In this document: positions 50,710-60,610 of the stretch, piece after piece
Position numbering within the stretch: the stretch's first letter is position 1
Layout: the number at the start of each line of letters is the position of its first letter
Assembly: GCA_016839555.1 (NCBI GenBank)
Contig: JAEOUA010000002.1
Span: forward strand, 1-64,000
Reading direction: 5' to 3'
DNA from: Promethearchaeota archaeon
GTDB taxonomy: Archaea; Asgardarchaeota; Lokiarchaeia; Sigyniarchaeales; SOKP01
Length of the DNA: 64,000 bases
The notes under the pieces: generated by a model
Seen by the model: only the letters and a program-made list of their open reading frames with translations
Told to the model about the DNA's origin: nothing
The model's database searches: none
Made by a program: the position numbers and the translations under genes

Positions 50710-52671
50710 TTGAAAGAGAAAATGGAAAAATTTAAGCTGAATGTGGACTTTATCAACAAGTTTAGGAATAAACAACCAGATTGGGGGCCTTTAGGTTATT
50801 TCACTTATAAAAGAACTTATGCTCGATATTTAGAAGAAAAAGACAGAAAAGAAGAATTTTGGGAAACCGTCCAAAGAGTAGTAGAAGGGTGTTTTTCAAT
50901 ACAAAAAACCCATTGTCGGAATTTGAAACTTCCATGGGATGACCAAAAGGCGCGAGATTCTGCTGAGCGTATGTATGAAAAAATTTGGAATTTTAAGATG
51001 ACTCCTCCTGGAAGAGGCTTATGGATTATGGGAACGAAATTTATTGCTGAACATGGCTCAATGGCATTAAATAATTGCGGATTTGTGTCCACCAAGGATA
51101 TAGATATTAAATATACGAAATCCTTCGAGTTTCTTATGTATGCTTTGATGGTAGGGGTGGGTGTAGGATTTGATACTAAAGGAGCTGGAAAAATTACCAT
51201 TAAAAAGCCAACAGAGGGTCATTTTGAATTCATCATCCCCGATAGTAGAGAAGGATGGGTAGAAGCCTTAAAACTTTTACTAGAAGCTTATTTTCTCGGG
51301 AAACAGGTTCCAATATACGATTATTCAGAAATTAGGCCCAAGGGAGAACCTCTGGAAAGTTTTGGAGGTACTGCTTCTGGACCTGAACCATTAAAAAGAA
51401 TACTTTCTCAAATCGAAAAAATACTTACTACTAGAATTGGAAAACCCTTAAGTCCTCTAAATATCTTAGATATTATGAATTTAATTGGAACATGTGTTAT
51501 TGCTGGTGGTATAAGAAGAAGTGCGGAAATAGGTTTAGGAGAACAAAATGATAAAGAGTTTATTACCGCAAAACAAGATAAAGAAAAATTAAATTCACAT
51601 CGTTGGGTGAGTAATAACAGCATTATTGCAGAAATTGGCATGAATTATGATTTTATAGTAGAACAATTAATCAAAAATGGGGAACCTGGATTATTTTGGC
51701 TCGAAAACGCTAGAAAATACTCTCGAATGATAGATCCACCGAATTATAAAGACAAGAGTGTTTTAGGAATGAATCCATGTGGAGAAATCTCTTTAGAATC
51801 CTTTGAGCTGTGTAACTTAGTAGAAACTTATCCCTCAAGGCATGAAAATTGGGATGAATTTAAGGAAACTCTGAAATATGCGTATATGTATGCCAAGACA
51901 GTAACTCTCTTAAATACAAATAATGAAATGACAAATGCTGTAATGTTAAAAAATAGAAGATTAGGAATTTCTCAAACAGGCATAATTGAAGCATTCAACA
52001 GACATGGAAAAGCTACAATAATGGAATGGTGTCAAAAAGGATATGATTATCTAAAACAATTAGATGAGAAATATTCTCACTGGTTATGCATTCCGAAATC
52101 TATTAAATTAACCACGGTAAAGCCGAGTGGAACCGTTAGTTTATTACCAGGAGTGTCTCAAGGGATCCATTTTCCCCATTCAAAATATTATTTAAGAAGA
52201 ATACGTATTCAAGAAAACTCGGAATTAGTCGATATAGTCAAAGTTGCAGGATATAAAGTATTGAAAGATGAATATTCTGAAAATGTATTGCTAATTGAAT
52301 TTCCGATTAAAAAGGAACATTATAAAAGAGGGAAAAAGGATGTATCAATGTGGGAGCAAGCAGAAAATGCAGCATTTTATCAGAAATACTGGTCAGATAA
52401 TCAAGTATCAGTAACAATAACCTTTAAAGAAGAGGAAAAAAAAGATATTAAGTACTTACTTAAGGCATATCAAGATAAATTGAAAAGTGTTTCTTTTCTT
52501 CCTTTACAAGAGCATGGATACAAACAAGCACCCTATCAAGAAATAACAAAAGACGAATATAAAGAATTATCCGAAGGATTAAAACCTCTATATTTAGATA
52601 AAGTTAAAGAAAAAGCAAGAGGAGAGATCTTCTGTGATTCAGAAGAATGTGAAATTCATATTAATAAATAA
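50710..52671 (+). CDS. nrdJ: Adenosylcobalamin-dependent class II ribonucleotide reductase (monomeric RTPR type)
   Basis: KRTYAR, PPGRGLW, LNNCGF, DSREGW, RRSA, NPCGEISL, CNLVE, KPSGTVS, C-terminal CDSEEC. Likely ATG at 50722. Confidence 0.93.
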   Translation: MKEKMEKFKLNVDFINKFRNKQPDWGPLGYFTYKRTYARYLEEKDRKEEFWETVQRVVEGCFSIQKTHCRNLKLPWDDQKARDSAERMYEKIWNFKMTPPGRGLWIMGTKFIAEHGSMALNNCGFVSTKDIDIKYTKSFEFLMYALMVGVGVGFDTKGAGKITIKKPTEGHFEFIIPDSREGWVEALKLLLEAYFLGKQVPIYDYSEIRPKGEPLESFGGTASGPEPLKRILSQIEKILTTRIGKPLSPLNILDIMNLIGTCVIAGGIRRSAEIGLGEQNDKEFITAKQDKEKLNSHRWVSNNSIIAEIGMNYDFIVEQLIKNGEPGLFWLENARKYSRMIDPPNYKDKSVLGMNPCGEISLESFELCNLVETYPSRHENWDEFKETLKYAYMYAKTVTLLNTNNEMTNAVMLKNRRLGISQTGIIEAFNRHGKATIMEWCQKGYDYLKQLDEKYSHWLCIPKSIKLTTVKPSGTVSLLPGVSQGIHFPHSKYYLRRIRIQENSELVDIVKVAGYKVLKDEYSENVLLIEFPIKKEHYKRGKKDVSMWEQAENAAFYQKYWSDNQVSVTITFKEEEKKDIKYLLKAYQDKLKSVSFLPLQEHGYKQAPYQEITKDEYKELSEGLKPLYLDKVKEKARGEIFCDSEECEIHINK

Positions 52672-52738
52672 TTTTTAACTATTTTTTCTTGCCTATATAA
52701 AAAAAAAGTTTTCAATGTAGGAATTCAATTATATATAA

Positions 52739-53149
52739 TTATTTATTTTTTAATTTCATAAAATCGTTCGCTTTTCTGATTACACTCTTCATTTGATTGA
52801 AATGTGCTTTTTCAATAGCCTGATTGAATGGTAACCATTTAAAATCTTCATGCTTAGAGCTTAATTCGACTTCTTTTTCTTCGGACTGTACCAACATATA
52901 AGTTACGAATTTATGAATACTCTCACTTTGCAAGTTATAGTGATAATCAATGTGTTCTTCAAAATCTTTTATTATTTTTGCCTTCTCTATTCCTATATCT
53001 TCCTTTAATAGTCTTTTTATAATTTTTTCTTTAGATTCTTCTTGTTCAATATCAACTTTCACTAATCCCCAATACCCTAATTTAAATTTTAATAATAAAA
53101 ATTTGTCTTCATAAATTACTACAGCACCAATAGAATTCTCATTTCTCAT
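52739..53149 (-). CDS. Ap4A-hydrolase-like NUDIX-fold protein with degenerate Nudix box
   Basis: ENSIGAVV, IHKFVTYML, LSSKHEDFKW; the box reads KVDIEQEESKEKIIKRLLKEDIG. Confidence 0.75.
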   Translation of the reverse strand: MRNENSIGAVVIYEDKFLLLKFKLGYWGLVKVDIEQEESKEKIIKRLLKEDIGIEKAKIIKDFEEHIDYHYNLQSESIHKFVTYMLVQSEEKEVELSSKHEDFKWLPFNQAIEKAHFNQMKSVIRKANDFMKLKNK

Positions 53150-53541
53150 ATTTTCTTCCAGATATTAATTTTATTAAAGATATATGCTATATTTTTTTAA
53201 GAATAAAAAGAATTAAAACTTAACACGACTAAAACTTCTACTTAAACTTAAAAAAATCAAATTCCTTTTTATATAATAGATAAGAATTACTTTATTTAAA
53301 CCTATAATGTGTTACAAACCTAGGAAATGGAATTATATATAATATTTTTTTGATTCTTATATTTGTCAAAATATACTAAAGATTCGAGAACAAATACTAG
53401 AGTAAATAAAATTAAAATAATATTACTATTTTTTTTTCAATCATTATTAGTTATTAATGATTTAAATATCTTTTTTGAAGTTTAATTAAAAATGAATTTC
53501 GAAATGATTATTCAGTCACTTCTAAAATATTTTCATCTTTC

Positions 53542-53677
53542 ATTTTTAAAAATCCAACATCTCCAACATAATAAATACTATTGAATCAAAAAATTAAATA
53601 ATAGTGTTCTATGAAAAGATTTTAAAAAAATCTTAAAGAATAAAATGGCAATTATAACAGGAAGGGCTCAAAGAATT
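53542..53677 (+). repeat. Degenerate duplicate of the promoter and first 16 codons of the SDR gene (second copy 55104-55239)
   Basis: Shared CCAACATCTCCA..ATAAATA.TATTGAAT; ILKNKMAIITGRAQRI versus MLKDKVAVITGGAQGI. Confidence 0.85.
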
Positions 53678-53679
53678 CA

Positions 53680-54041
53680 ATTAGATCTTCAAGATCTTCA
53701 TCAATTTTCCCTCTAAAAAATGTATATATAATAGAGTTAATGTTTTTTTATGAATGCAATCGATTAAGGGCATTCTTAACTTTTTCTAGAGTAGGGATGG
53801 GACTATTTGGGGAATTTACATCTTCAAATGCAATGCGTAAACATTCTTTATGAGCAATTTTAGCAATTTCTGCCAATATTTCTATTATTCTTTGCAAAAC
53901 TCTACATTAAGAAATATTTCTTGATTCAAATGAGGACACAATATTCAATATATTGCATTCCAGATTATAAAAATAATTCATTATTTTTTTCAGAGTTAGG
54001 ATAATTTCTGTTTTGAATTTTGCATCCGAATTTCTCGACAT
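53680..54041 (-). pseudogene. Decayed sugar-phosphate isomerase/epimerase (xylose isomerase-like TIM barrel) fragment
   Basis: ...LECNILNIVSSFES..*..RIIEILAEIAKIAHKECLRIAFEDVNSPNSPIPTLEKVK with internal stops, e.g. at 53907-53909. Confidence 0.55.
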
Positions 54042-54174
54042 TTAGATATTTTTAGATTTTAAATTTAGGAAAAAATATATATACCAATATTATGATAAAT
54101 CAAATGATTAATAATCTTTAAATATAAATTCTAAAAGTATAAAAAGAAAGAGAATTAATGCAAGTGAATAAAAA

Positions 54175-54906
54175 ATGGTAAAGACAGCAATCGTTATAAA
54201 TGCTACTATCAGTATATTCTTAATTGTGACATTTATATTTATTGGACTGATAATGTTCTATAAATATATTAAATTCAAGAATAAAGCCCTCCTTTATATG
54301 GGATTGACTTGGATAGGATTAAGTCAATCGTGGTTAGGTTCAGCAATTACTGTTTTTTTGGTCGTTCTCAATCCAGCCAGTAATGGATTAAGCCCTGAAG
54401 CGTATATTATTCTTAGCACATGCCTTATCCCATTGACTACCCCATTATATGTTTTTGCAATGACTGATATGGTAATGAAAAAATATAAGACTATTCTACG
54501 AGTTATTACAATTGTATATAGCGCTTTTTACGAAATCTTGATGTTTACGTTAATTTTCACAGCTAATATTCATTTAATGATCATTAAAACTAGTCCTGCT
54601 GAGATTCAAATTACGCTTTTGACTATAATACTTCTCCTGTATTTTATGATAATTTTTCTTGTTTTAGGTTTTGTTTTCTGCTATCAATCTTTAAAAGTCG
54701 ATGATCAAGAAATTAGGTTAAAAGGAAAGATTTTGCTCTTTTCATATATATTATTTCTTGTTGGAAACTTACTTGAGCAAATACAAATTATTGCTTTACA
54801 AAGAATTCTACTGATTATAAGTGCTATTGGATTTTACATCGGATATAATCTTCCAAGTTGGATAAAAAGGCTATTTTTAAAAAATAAAATGGAACAATCA
54901 ATTTAA
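54175..54906 (+). CDS. Seven-TM membrane protein of unknown function
   Basis: Seven hydrophobic helices; QSLKVDDQEIRLKGK.L and LPSWIKRLF motifs. Confidence 0.78.
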   Translation: MVKTAIVINATISIFLIVTFIFIGLIMFYKYIKFKNKALLYMGLTWIGLSQSWLGSAITVFLVVLNPASNGLSPEAYIILSTCLIPLTTPLYVFAMTDMVMKKYKTILRVITIVYSAFYEILMFTLIFTANIHLMIIKTSPAEIQITLLTIILLLYFMIIFLVLGFVFCYQSLKVDDQEIRLKGKILLFSYILFLVGNLLEQIQIIALQRILLIISAIGFYIGYNLPSWIKRLFLKNKMEQSI

Positions 54907-55115
54907 TGGAGTCCATAAATTTTTTTATATTTTTTATATTTTTAATTTTTTTCAAAATATTTTTAAATTTATTCATAAATAATCAAGGAACTTAGAAAGA
55001 GAGCAGTTTTAGCATTTTGGGTTTATTTTCTTATATATTAGAGGAACTTTTTAGATATTAAAGTTTTAAACCTACTTCCTTAATTTTAATAATTTTTATT
55101 TTAATTTTTAAAAAC

Positions 55116-55140
55116 CCAACATCTCCAGCACAATAAATAT
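55116..55140 (+). promoter_or_regulatory. Candidate operator (CCAACA-TCT-CCARCA) next to a TATA-like ATAAATA upstream of the SDR gene
   Basis: C-rich motif in an AT-rich intergenic region, kept exactly (12/12) in the duplicate at 53554-53565. Confidence 0.4.
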
Positions 55141-55191
55141 TATTGAATTAAACTATAAAATAAATATATTCTCTAAAAACGGTTTAAAAAA

Positions 55192-55965
55192 ATGTTAAAG
55201 GATAAAGTGGCAGTTATAACTGGAGGTGCCCAAGGAATTGGGAAAGCAATTGCTATTAGATTTGCTCAAGAAGGAGCAAAAATAGCTATTATTGATTTAA
55301 AAGATTCAGCTAAGACTGAAAATGAAATCAGAAATATTGGGGGCGAAATGATTTCTTTCATTGCTGATGTTGCTGATGAAATATCTGTAAAAAACGCTTT
55401 TAATGCTATTATAGAAAAATGGGAAAAAATAGATATCCTCGTTAATAATGCAGGAATCTACCCACTAGAAAATTTTATCGATATATCAATAGAAAAATTT
55501 AAAAGAGTGTTCGATACAAATGTTATAGGAACCTTCATCTGCTCGCAATACGTTGCAAATATATTTATCTCAAAATCAATAAAGGGAACTATTCTAAATA
55601 TCGCGTCAGCAGGAGGAATTAGACCAGATAAATATCATAGTCATTATGGTGCGTCGAAAGCTGCAATAATTTCCTTAACAAAAGCAATGGCAAAGGAACT
55701 AATTAATAATAAGATTCGAGTAAATGCCATAGCTCCTGGAGCTATCAATACTGAAGGATCAAAAAATCCAGGGCTTTTTGAAAATTCGGGAAAATTACCG
55801 GATAAATTTATGGAGGAACAAATGAAAAAATTTTCTCCTCTAACAAAATCAGGAATGGGAGAACCAATAGATGTTGCTGAAATGGCACTGTATCTCGTTT
55901 CAGATAAAGCTAAGTATATTACTGGGGCAATTATTCAAGTGGACGGTGGCCGTCTTTTATTTTAA
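55192..55965 (+). CDS. Classical short-chain dehydrogenase/reductase (FabG-like)
   Basis: TGGAQGIG, NNAG, YGASK, NAIAPG, VDGG. Confidence 0.93.
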   Translation: MLKDKVAVITGGAQGIGKAIAIRFAQEGAKIAIIDLKDSAKTENEIRNIGGEMISFIADVADEISVKNAFNAIIEKWEKIDILVNNAGIYPLENFIDISIEKFKRVFDTNVIGTFICSQYVANIFISKSIKGTILNIASAGGIRPDKYHSHYGASKAAIISLTKAMAKELINNKIRVNAIAPGAINTEGSKNPGLFENSGKLPDKFMEEQMKKFSPLTKSGMGEPIDVAEMALYLVSDKAKYITGAIIQVDGGRLLF

Positions 55966-56207
55966 TTAAAATAATAATTTTTTTTTTAATTTCTAAATTT
56001 CATTATTTTTAAGGGAATCCCTAGAAATTTCAATGAAAGTATTAAAATGTCTATAGTGTTTATATTTATATTTTTTTAGATATAATTCAACCAAATTATT
56101 TTATTATAAATGCTATTGTTAATTAAAACAACTTGAAATAACAAGTAAAATCAATATTAAAATTATAATATTTACCTAATTATTAAATTTAAAGTATTTT
56201 TATAAAA

Positions 56208-58112
56208 ATGGGAAAAAATATCATCATATTTCAACCAGAAGGGAAACGTGTTGAAATAGAAAAAGAAGACTCAATTTTGAGTGCTGCATTAAAAGTTGGT
56301 GTTGATTTAGTCTCAATTTGTAATGGAAAGGGAACATGTGGTAAATGTAAGGTCATTATAGATAATATGGATTCTGTAACTTCTTTAACAGAAAAAGAAT
56401 CTGAAATGTTATCCAATGATGAGAGAAAAAATAATATACGTTTAGCATGTTTGACAAAAGTTAAAGGAGATTTAACAGTAAAGGTTCCTGAATTTAGTAG
56501 AACAGGTAAACAACGTCTTCAGATCGAGGGGATAGAGACCCCTATAAATTTAAATCCCTTGATTAGAAAGTATTATTTAGAATTAGAGGAACCTACCTTA
56601 GATGATCCTAGATCAGATGTTGATAGAATTATGGATTATTTATATGAGAATTTTAATCTATCGAATTTAAATATGGATTATTATTTATTAAAAAACCTCG
56701 CTAAAATCTTGAGAGAAGCAGAGTGGAAATTTACTGTGGCAATCTGGCAAAATACTATAATAAATATTGATATTAATGATACGACAGACCGTGTATTTGG
56801 ATATGCTGTAGATATAGGAACAACAAAACTAGCTGGTTATTTAATTGACTTATTGACTGGTAAAGTTGTTGCAGCTGGTTCTTTAATGAATCCTCAAATT
56901 CCTTATGGAGAAGATGTTGTTTCCAGATTAAACTATCCTGATCAAAAGAAACTACAAGATGCAGTTATAGAAGGAATAAACCAGATACTTAATGATTTAA
57001 AGGAAAAAACAGCTGTAAAGTCTGAGGAAATCTATGAAATGACAGCTGTCGGAAACACTATTATGCATCATTTATTTTTAGGAATTTTTCCTTTATATGT
57101 TGGAAGATCTCCATACCCTCCTGTTGTTCGTGAAACGCAAATTGTTAATGCAAGAAATTTAGGCGTAAAAATTCATCCAAACGGAAGAATTGTATTTTTG
57201 CCTACAATTGCAGGATTTGTAGGAGCAGATACCGTTGGAGTTGTCCTCTCTACAGAACTTTATAAAAGCGAAGATATTTGCCTAGCTATTGATATAGGGA
57301 CTAACACAGAAGTTGTGCTAGGAAATAAAGATAAGATGTTAGCTGCTTCATGCGCTTCAGGTCCAGCGTTTGAAGGGGCACATATTAAATTTGGAATGAG
57401 AGCAGCTAGTGGATCCATAGAGAATATCAAGATTGATCCAGAGACACTTGATGTTGAATATAAAACTATAGATAATGAGCCTCCAATTGGAATATGTGGT
57501 TCGGGTATGATTGATTTAGTAGCAGAAATGTTAAAAACAGGAATTATTGATGTGGGAGGAATAATTAATCGAAGTCTTAATAGTCCAAGAGTGCGTAGGA
57601 ATGAAGAATCAATAATAGAATTTGTCGTTGTCTTCTCAGATAAGACAGGAATTAAAAAAGATATTACATTTTCTCAGCAAGATGTAAGTCAAATTATTTT
57701 AGCTAAAGCTGCAATGCACACAGGCATAAAGCTCTTATTAAAGAATTATAACATAAAAAAAGAAGATATTCATAAAGTCTATTTAGCAGGTGCTTTTGGT
57801 TCTCATATCAATAAAGAAAGTGCAAGAATGATAGGAATTTTTCCAGAAATAGATTTAGAAAAAGTAATTATTGTTGGAAATGCTGCTGGAACAGGAGCAA
57901 GAATGTGCCTTGTTTCAGAAGAAGCTAAAAAATTAGTTGAGAAGCTTTCCAAAAAAATAAGATATTTAGAACTTGGTAATGACCCTGATTTTCAGAAAAC
58001 ATTCATGAATTCAAATATCATTCCATATGCTGATCTGGATGAATTTCCTGAAATATCCAAGACATTAAAAAAATATGGAAATTATCCTGAACAATCTCCC
58101 CCCAAATTTTAA
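56208..58112 (+). CDS. Reductive activator of corrinoid proteins (RACo/AcsV-type ASKHA ATPase with N-terminal 2Fe-2S domain)
   Basis: CNGKGTCGKC...RLAC, DIGTT, NPQ..YGEDV.SR, FVGAD, DIGTNTE, SGPAFEG, GICGSG, LAGAFG, GNAA. Confidence 0.92.
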   Translation: MGKNIIIFQPEGKRVEIEKEDSILSAALKVGVDLVSICNGKGTCGKCKVIIDNMDSVTSLTEKESEMLSNDERKNNIRLACLTKVKGDLTVKVPEFSRTGKQRLQIEGIETPINLNPLIRKYYLELEEPTLDDPRSDVDRIMDYLYENFNLSNLNMDYYLLKNLAKILREAEWKFTVAIWQNTIINIDINDTTDRVFGYAVDIGTTKLAGYLIDLLTGKVVAAGSLMNPQIPYGEDVVSRLNYPDQKKLQDAVIEGINQILNDLKEKTAVKSEEIYEMTAVGNTIMHHLFLGIFPLYVGRSPYPPVVRETQIVNARNLGVKIHPNGRIVFLPTIAGFVGADTVGVVLSTELYKSEDICLAIDIGTNTEVVLGNKDKMLAASCASGPAFEGAHIKFGMRAASGSIENIKIDPETLDVEYKTIDNEPPIGICGSGMIDLVAEMLKTGIIDVGGIINRSLNSPRVRRNEESIIEFVVVFSDKTGIKKDITFSQQDVSQIILAKAAMHTGIKLLLKNYNIKKEDIHKVYLAGAFGSHINKESARMIGIFPEIDLEKVIIVGNAAGTGARMCLVSEEAKKLVEKLSKKIRYLELGNDPDFQKTFMNSNIIPYADLDEFPEISKTLKKYGNYPEQSPPKF

Positions 58113-58148
58113 TATTATAATGCAATAAATTGATTAATTCTTAGAAAA

Positions 58149-59882
58149 ATGAATAAAAGAGAAGGAAAGAGAATCCTCAAGAATTTTAATCCCAAAATAT
58201 TCAATGATGCAGTCATTTCATTGGGAACAGAAGATATACAAGTAGTGAATTTTGATATTACTCGAGCAATCGCAAAAGTTATTAAATCAATGTTTGGTCC
58301 TAAGGGATTAAATAAGATGATCATTCCCGTGTCAAATGAGACTGTTTTTACCCAAAAGGGAGATAAAGTTGTAAAAAGTTTTAAAAGCAGGGTTCCCATA
58401 ACTATGATGCTAATAGATTTAGTAAAAACACAACAGAAGAATTGTGGGGATGGAACAAAAACAGCGTTATTACTTACGGCATTTCTACTAGAAAAAACTA
58501 GAGAAATGTTGGGACTTGGACTACATCCTCAGATAATTAATAAAGGTTTTTCGATTGCTATGAATAAAGCTCTTGAAATCTTAGAAGATAATGTTATTCA
58601 ATTTGATTTCCATAATGAAAGACAATTAATTGATATAATGAAAAGCGTTATGAATCATAAATTTGTTTATCAGAATAGAGATCAACATATAAAGTTAATT
58701 AAAGAAACACTTAAGAACAATTATGATCTTTTTTTTAAGTCTCAAGATTATGATCATTCTGATATTCTTTGTAGAAAAGTAAAAGGAAAATCTATTAATG
58801 ATTCTGAAGTTATAAATGGGATTATAATATATAAAGATAAGGCAAATTCATATTTACCCGATAAAATTGAAGACGCGGGAATACTATTAATTCAAAAATC
58901 TATAGATTATTTTACTAAGGAAAATAAAGAAGCTATTTCAAAAGAAGTCAGGATTAAGAGTAGAGAGAAGCTACAAGAGTTTTCCCAATTTAGAAAGAAT
59001 TTCTATAATAATTTAGTAAAAAAATTAAAACAAAAAGGGGTTAATGTTATCTTATGCCAGAAAAAAATCAATCCTTATTTTGTGGATTATTGTGCTAGTA
59101 AAGGAATAGTTGCTTTAGAATTAGTGGGAAAGAAAAAATTAAATAAATTATGCAAATTATTGGATGTTAATCTCTACTCAAGTTTGAATGATTTATCTAA
59201 TATAAAATTAGGTAAAGCTGATTCTGTCGAATTTAAAAAGATATCGGGAGATGAAATGTTTATTATAAATGTTGAAGAGTCAAAAATTCTTACATTCTTA
59301 ATAAGAGGTGGAAATCAACCCTTAATGGATGAATTAGAAGAGATATTATATGGTTCTTTAAGGGTTGCAATTCAAACAGTAAAAGATAAAAAAATATTGC
59401 CAGGAGGCGGAGCATTAGAATGCGAAATAGCGCAAAAACTTAAAAAATATGCTCAGAATTATTCTAATAAATATCAAATAGTAATTAAAGAGTATGCCAA
59501 AGCTTTTGAAAGCCTTCCAGGTCATATAATTAAGAATTCTGCAGCTGAGCCTCTTGATTTAATACCTCGATTACGAGCAGAACACAATAAAGGTCAATGT
59601 TATATGGGATTTAATTCTTTGACCAATGAAATAGTAGATGTTGTAAGAGAGGGGATTTATGATGGATACTATACAAAAAAACATATTATAAAAATAGCTA
59701 GTGAACTTGCGCGACAAATAGTACGTATTGATGGCTTAGTAATGGTATACGACCGAAAATTATATGAACAAGTTAAAAAAGAAGGAAGAGAGATAAAAAG
59801 CCAAAAGCATCAAGAGAAAGTCAGAAAATATCTTAATAAAAAAGATCAGGACTTATTTTCTGAGATTTATAATGCTAAATAA
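58149..59882 (+). CDS. Divergent group II chaperonin (thermosome/CCT-like) subunit
   Basis: FGPKGLNKMI, GDGTKT, GLHPQII..GF, DSEVINGII, LIRGG, PGGGALE, IVRID. Confidence 0.88.
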   Translation: MNKREGKRILKNFNPKIFNDAVISLGTEDIQVVNFDITRAIAKVIKSMFGPKGLNKMIIPVSNETVFTQKGDKVVKSFKSRVPITMMLIDLVKTQQKNCGDGTKTALLLTAFLLEKTREMLGLGLHPQIINKGFSIAMNKALEILEDNVIQFDFHNERQLIDIMKSVMNHKFVYQNRDQHIKLIKETLKNNYDLFFKSQDYDHSDILCRKVKGKSINDSEVINGIIIYKDKANSYLPDKIEDAGILLIQKSIDYFTKENKEAISKEVRIKSREKLQEFSQFRKNFYNNLVKKLKQKGVNVILCQKKINPYFVDYCASKGIVALELVGKKKLNKLCKLLDVNLYSSLNDLSNIKLGKADSVEFKKISGDEMFIINVEESKILTFLIRGGNQPLMDELEEILYGSLRVAIQTVKDKKILPGGGALECEIAQKLKKYAQNYSNKYQIVIKEYAKAFESLPGHIIKNSAAEPLDLIPRLRAEHNKGQCYMGFNSLTNEIVDVVREGIYDGYYTKKHIIKIASELARQIVRIDGLVMVYDRKLYEQVKKEGREIKSQKHQEKVRKYLNKKDQDLFSEIYNAK

Positions 59883-60068
59883 TTCTTTGTTAATTTTCAG
59901 TTTTTAATCAAACACTAAGAAATTATTGAACAAAATTCTTCAAAAAATAATTTTTTCTCAATAGCTGCAGTTGGATTATTGCTTGAAATAGCAAGTAAAA
60001 AATATATATTCCAAAGATTTTTAATTCTACATAAATATTAACTAAAGCATAATAAATGGTGATAAAAT

Positions 60069-60488
60069 ATGAATGTAAGTCCAAATGAGAACTTAGAAGG
60101 ATTTGCTGCTCTTATGCATAATCAATTCGTACGACCTCTTAAGGACAGTAAAAAATTCAAAGAAAAATACAAAAAAACCAATGTAAAATTATTTTTTAAT
60201 ATAATTGATGCTACTCACTCTGCAATATTAATCCTTGAAAATGGAACAATTAATATTAAAGGGATTCTTCGAGAAAATGAAGATGAAATTGAGAAAGCGA
60301 AAAAGGAATGTGATGCTAAAATCGAAACTGACATGAAAACTTTTATAAAAATAGATGATATGTCGACTCTTCGGACCCTTAAGAAGATTATATCAGGAAA
60401 ATTGAAGATAAAGGGAGGAAAGCAATTAAAATTACTTCAAGAGTTACGTGTGCTTGCAGAAGAGGAAGATGCTCAAGATTTTTTTTAA
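60069..60488 (+). CDS. SCP2 sterol/lipid-carrier-like domain protein
   Basis: ECDAKIETDMKTF...IISGKLKIKGG; GGTGA RBS. Confidence 0.7.
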   Translation: MNVSPNENLEGFAALMHNQFVRPLKDSKKFKEKYKKTNVKLFFNIIDATHSAILILENGTINIKGILRENEDEIEKAKKECDAKIETDMKTFIKIDDMSTLRTLKKIISGKLKIKGGKQLKLLQELRVLAEEEDAQDFF

Positions 60489-60610
60489 TAGGAAATTTAA
60501 ATAATTAAAAAAATCCTTTTTATTTTTACTAAAAGTTGAATGAGTTTTTATTACTAAAAATATAATTAAAATGTTATTATAAAATCAAGAAAGACTTTTC
60601 AAGCGGGAAA

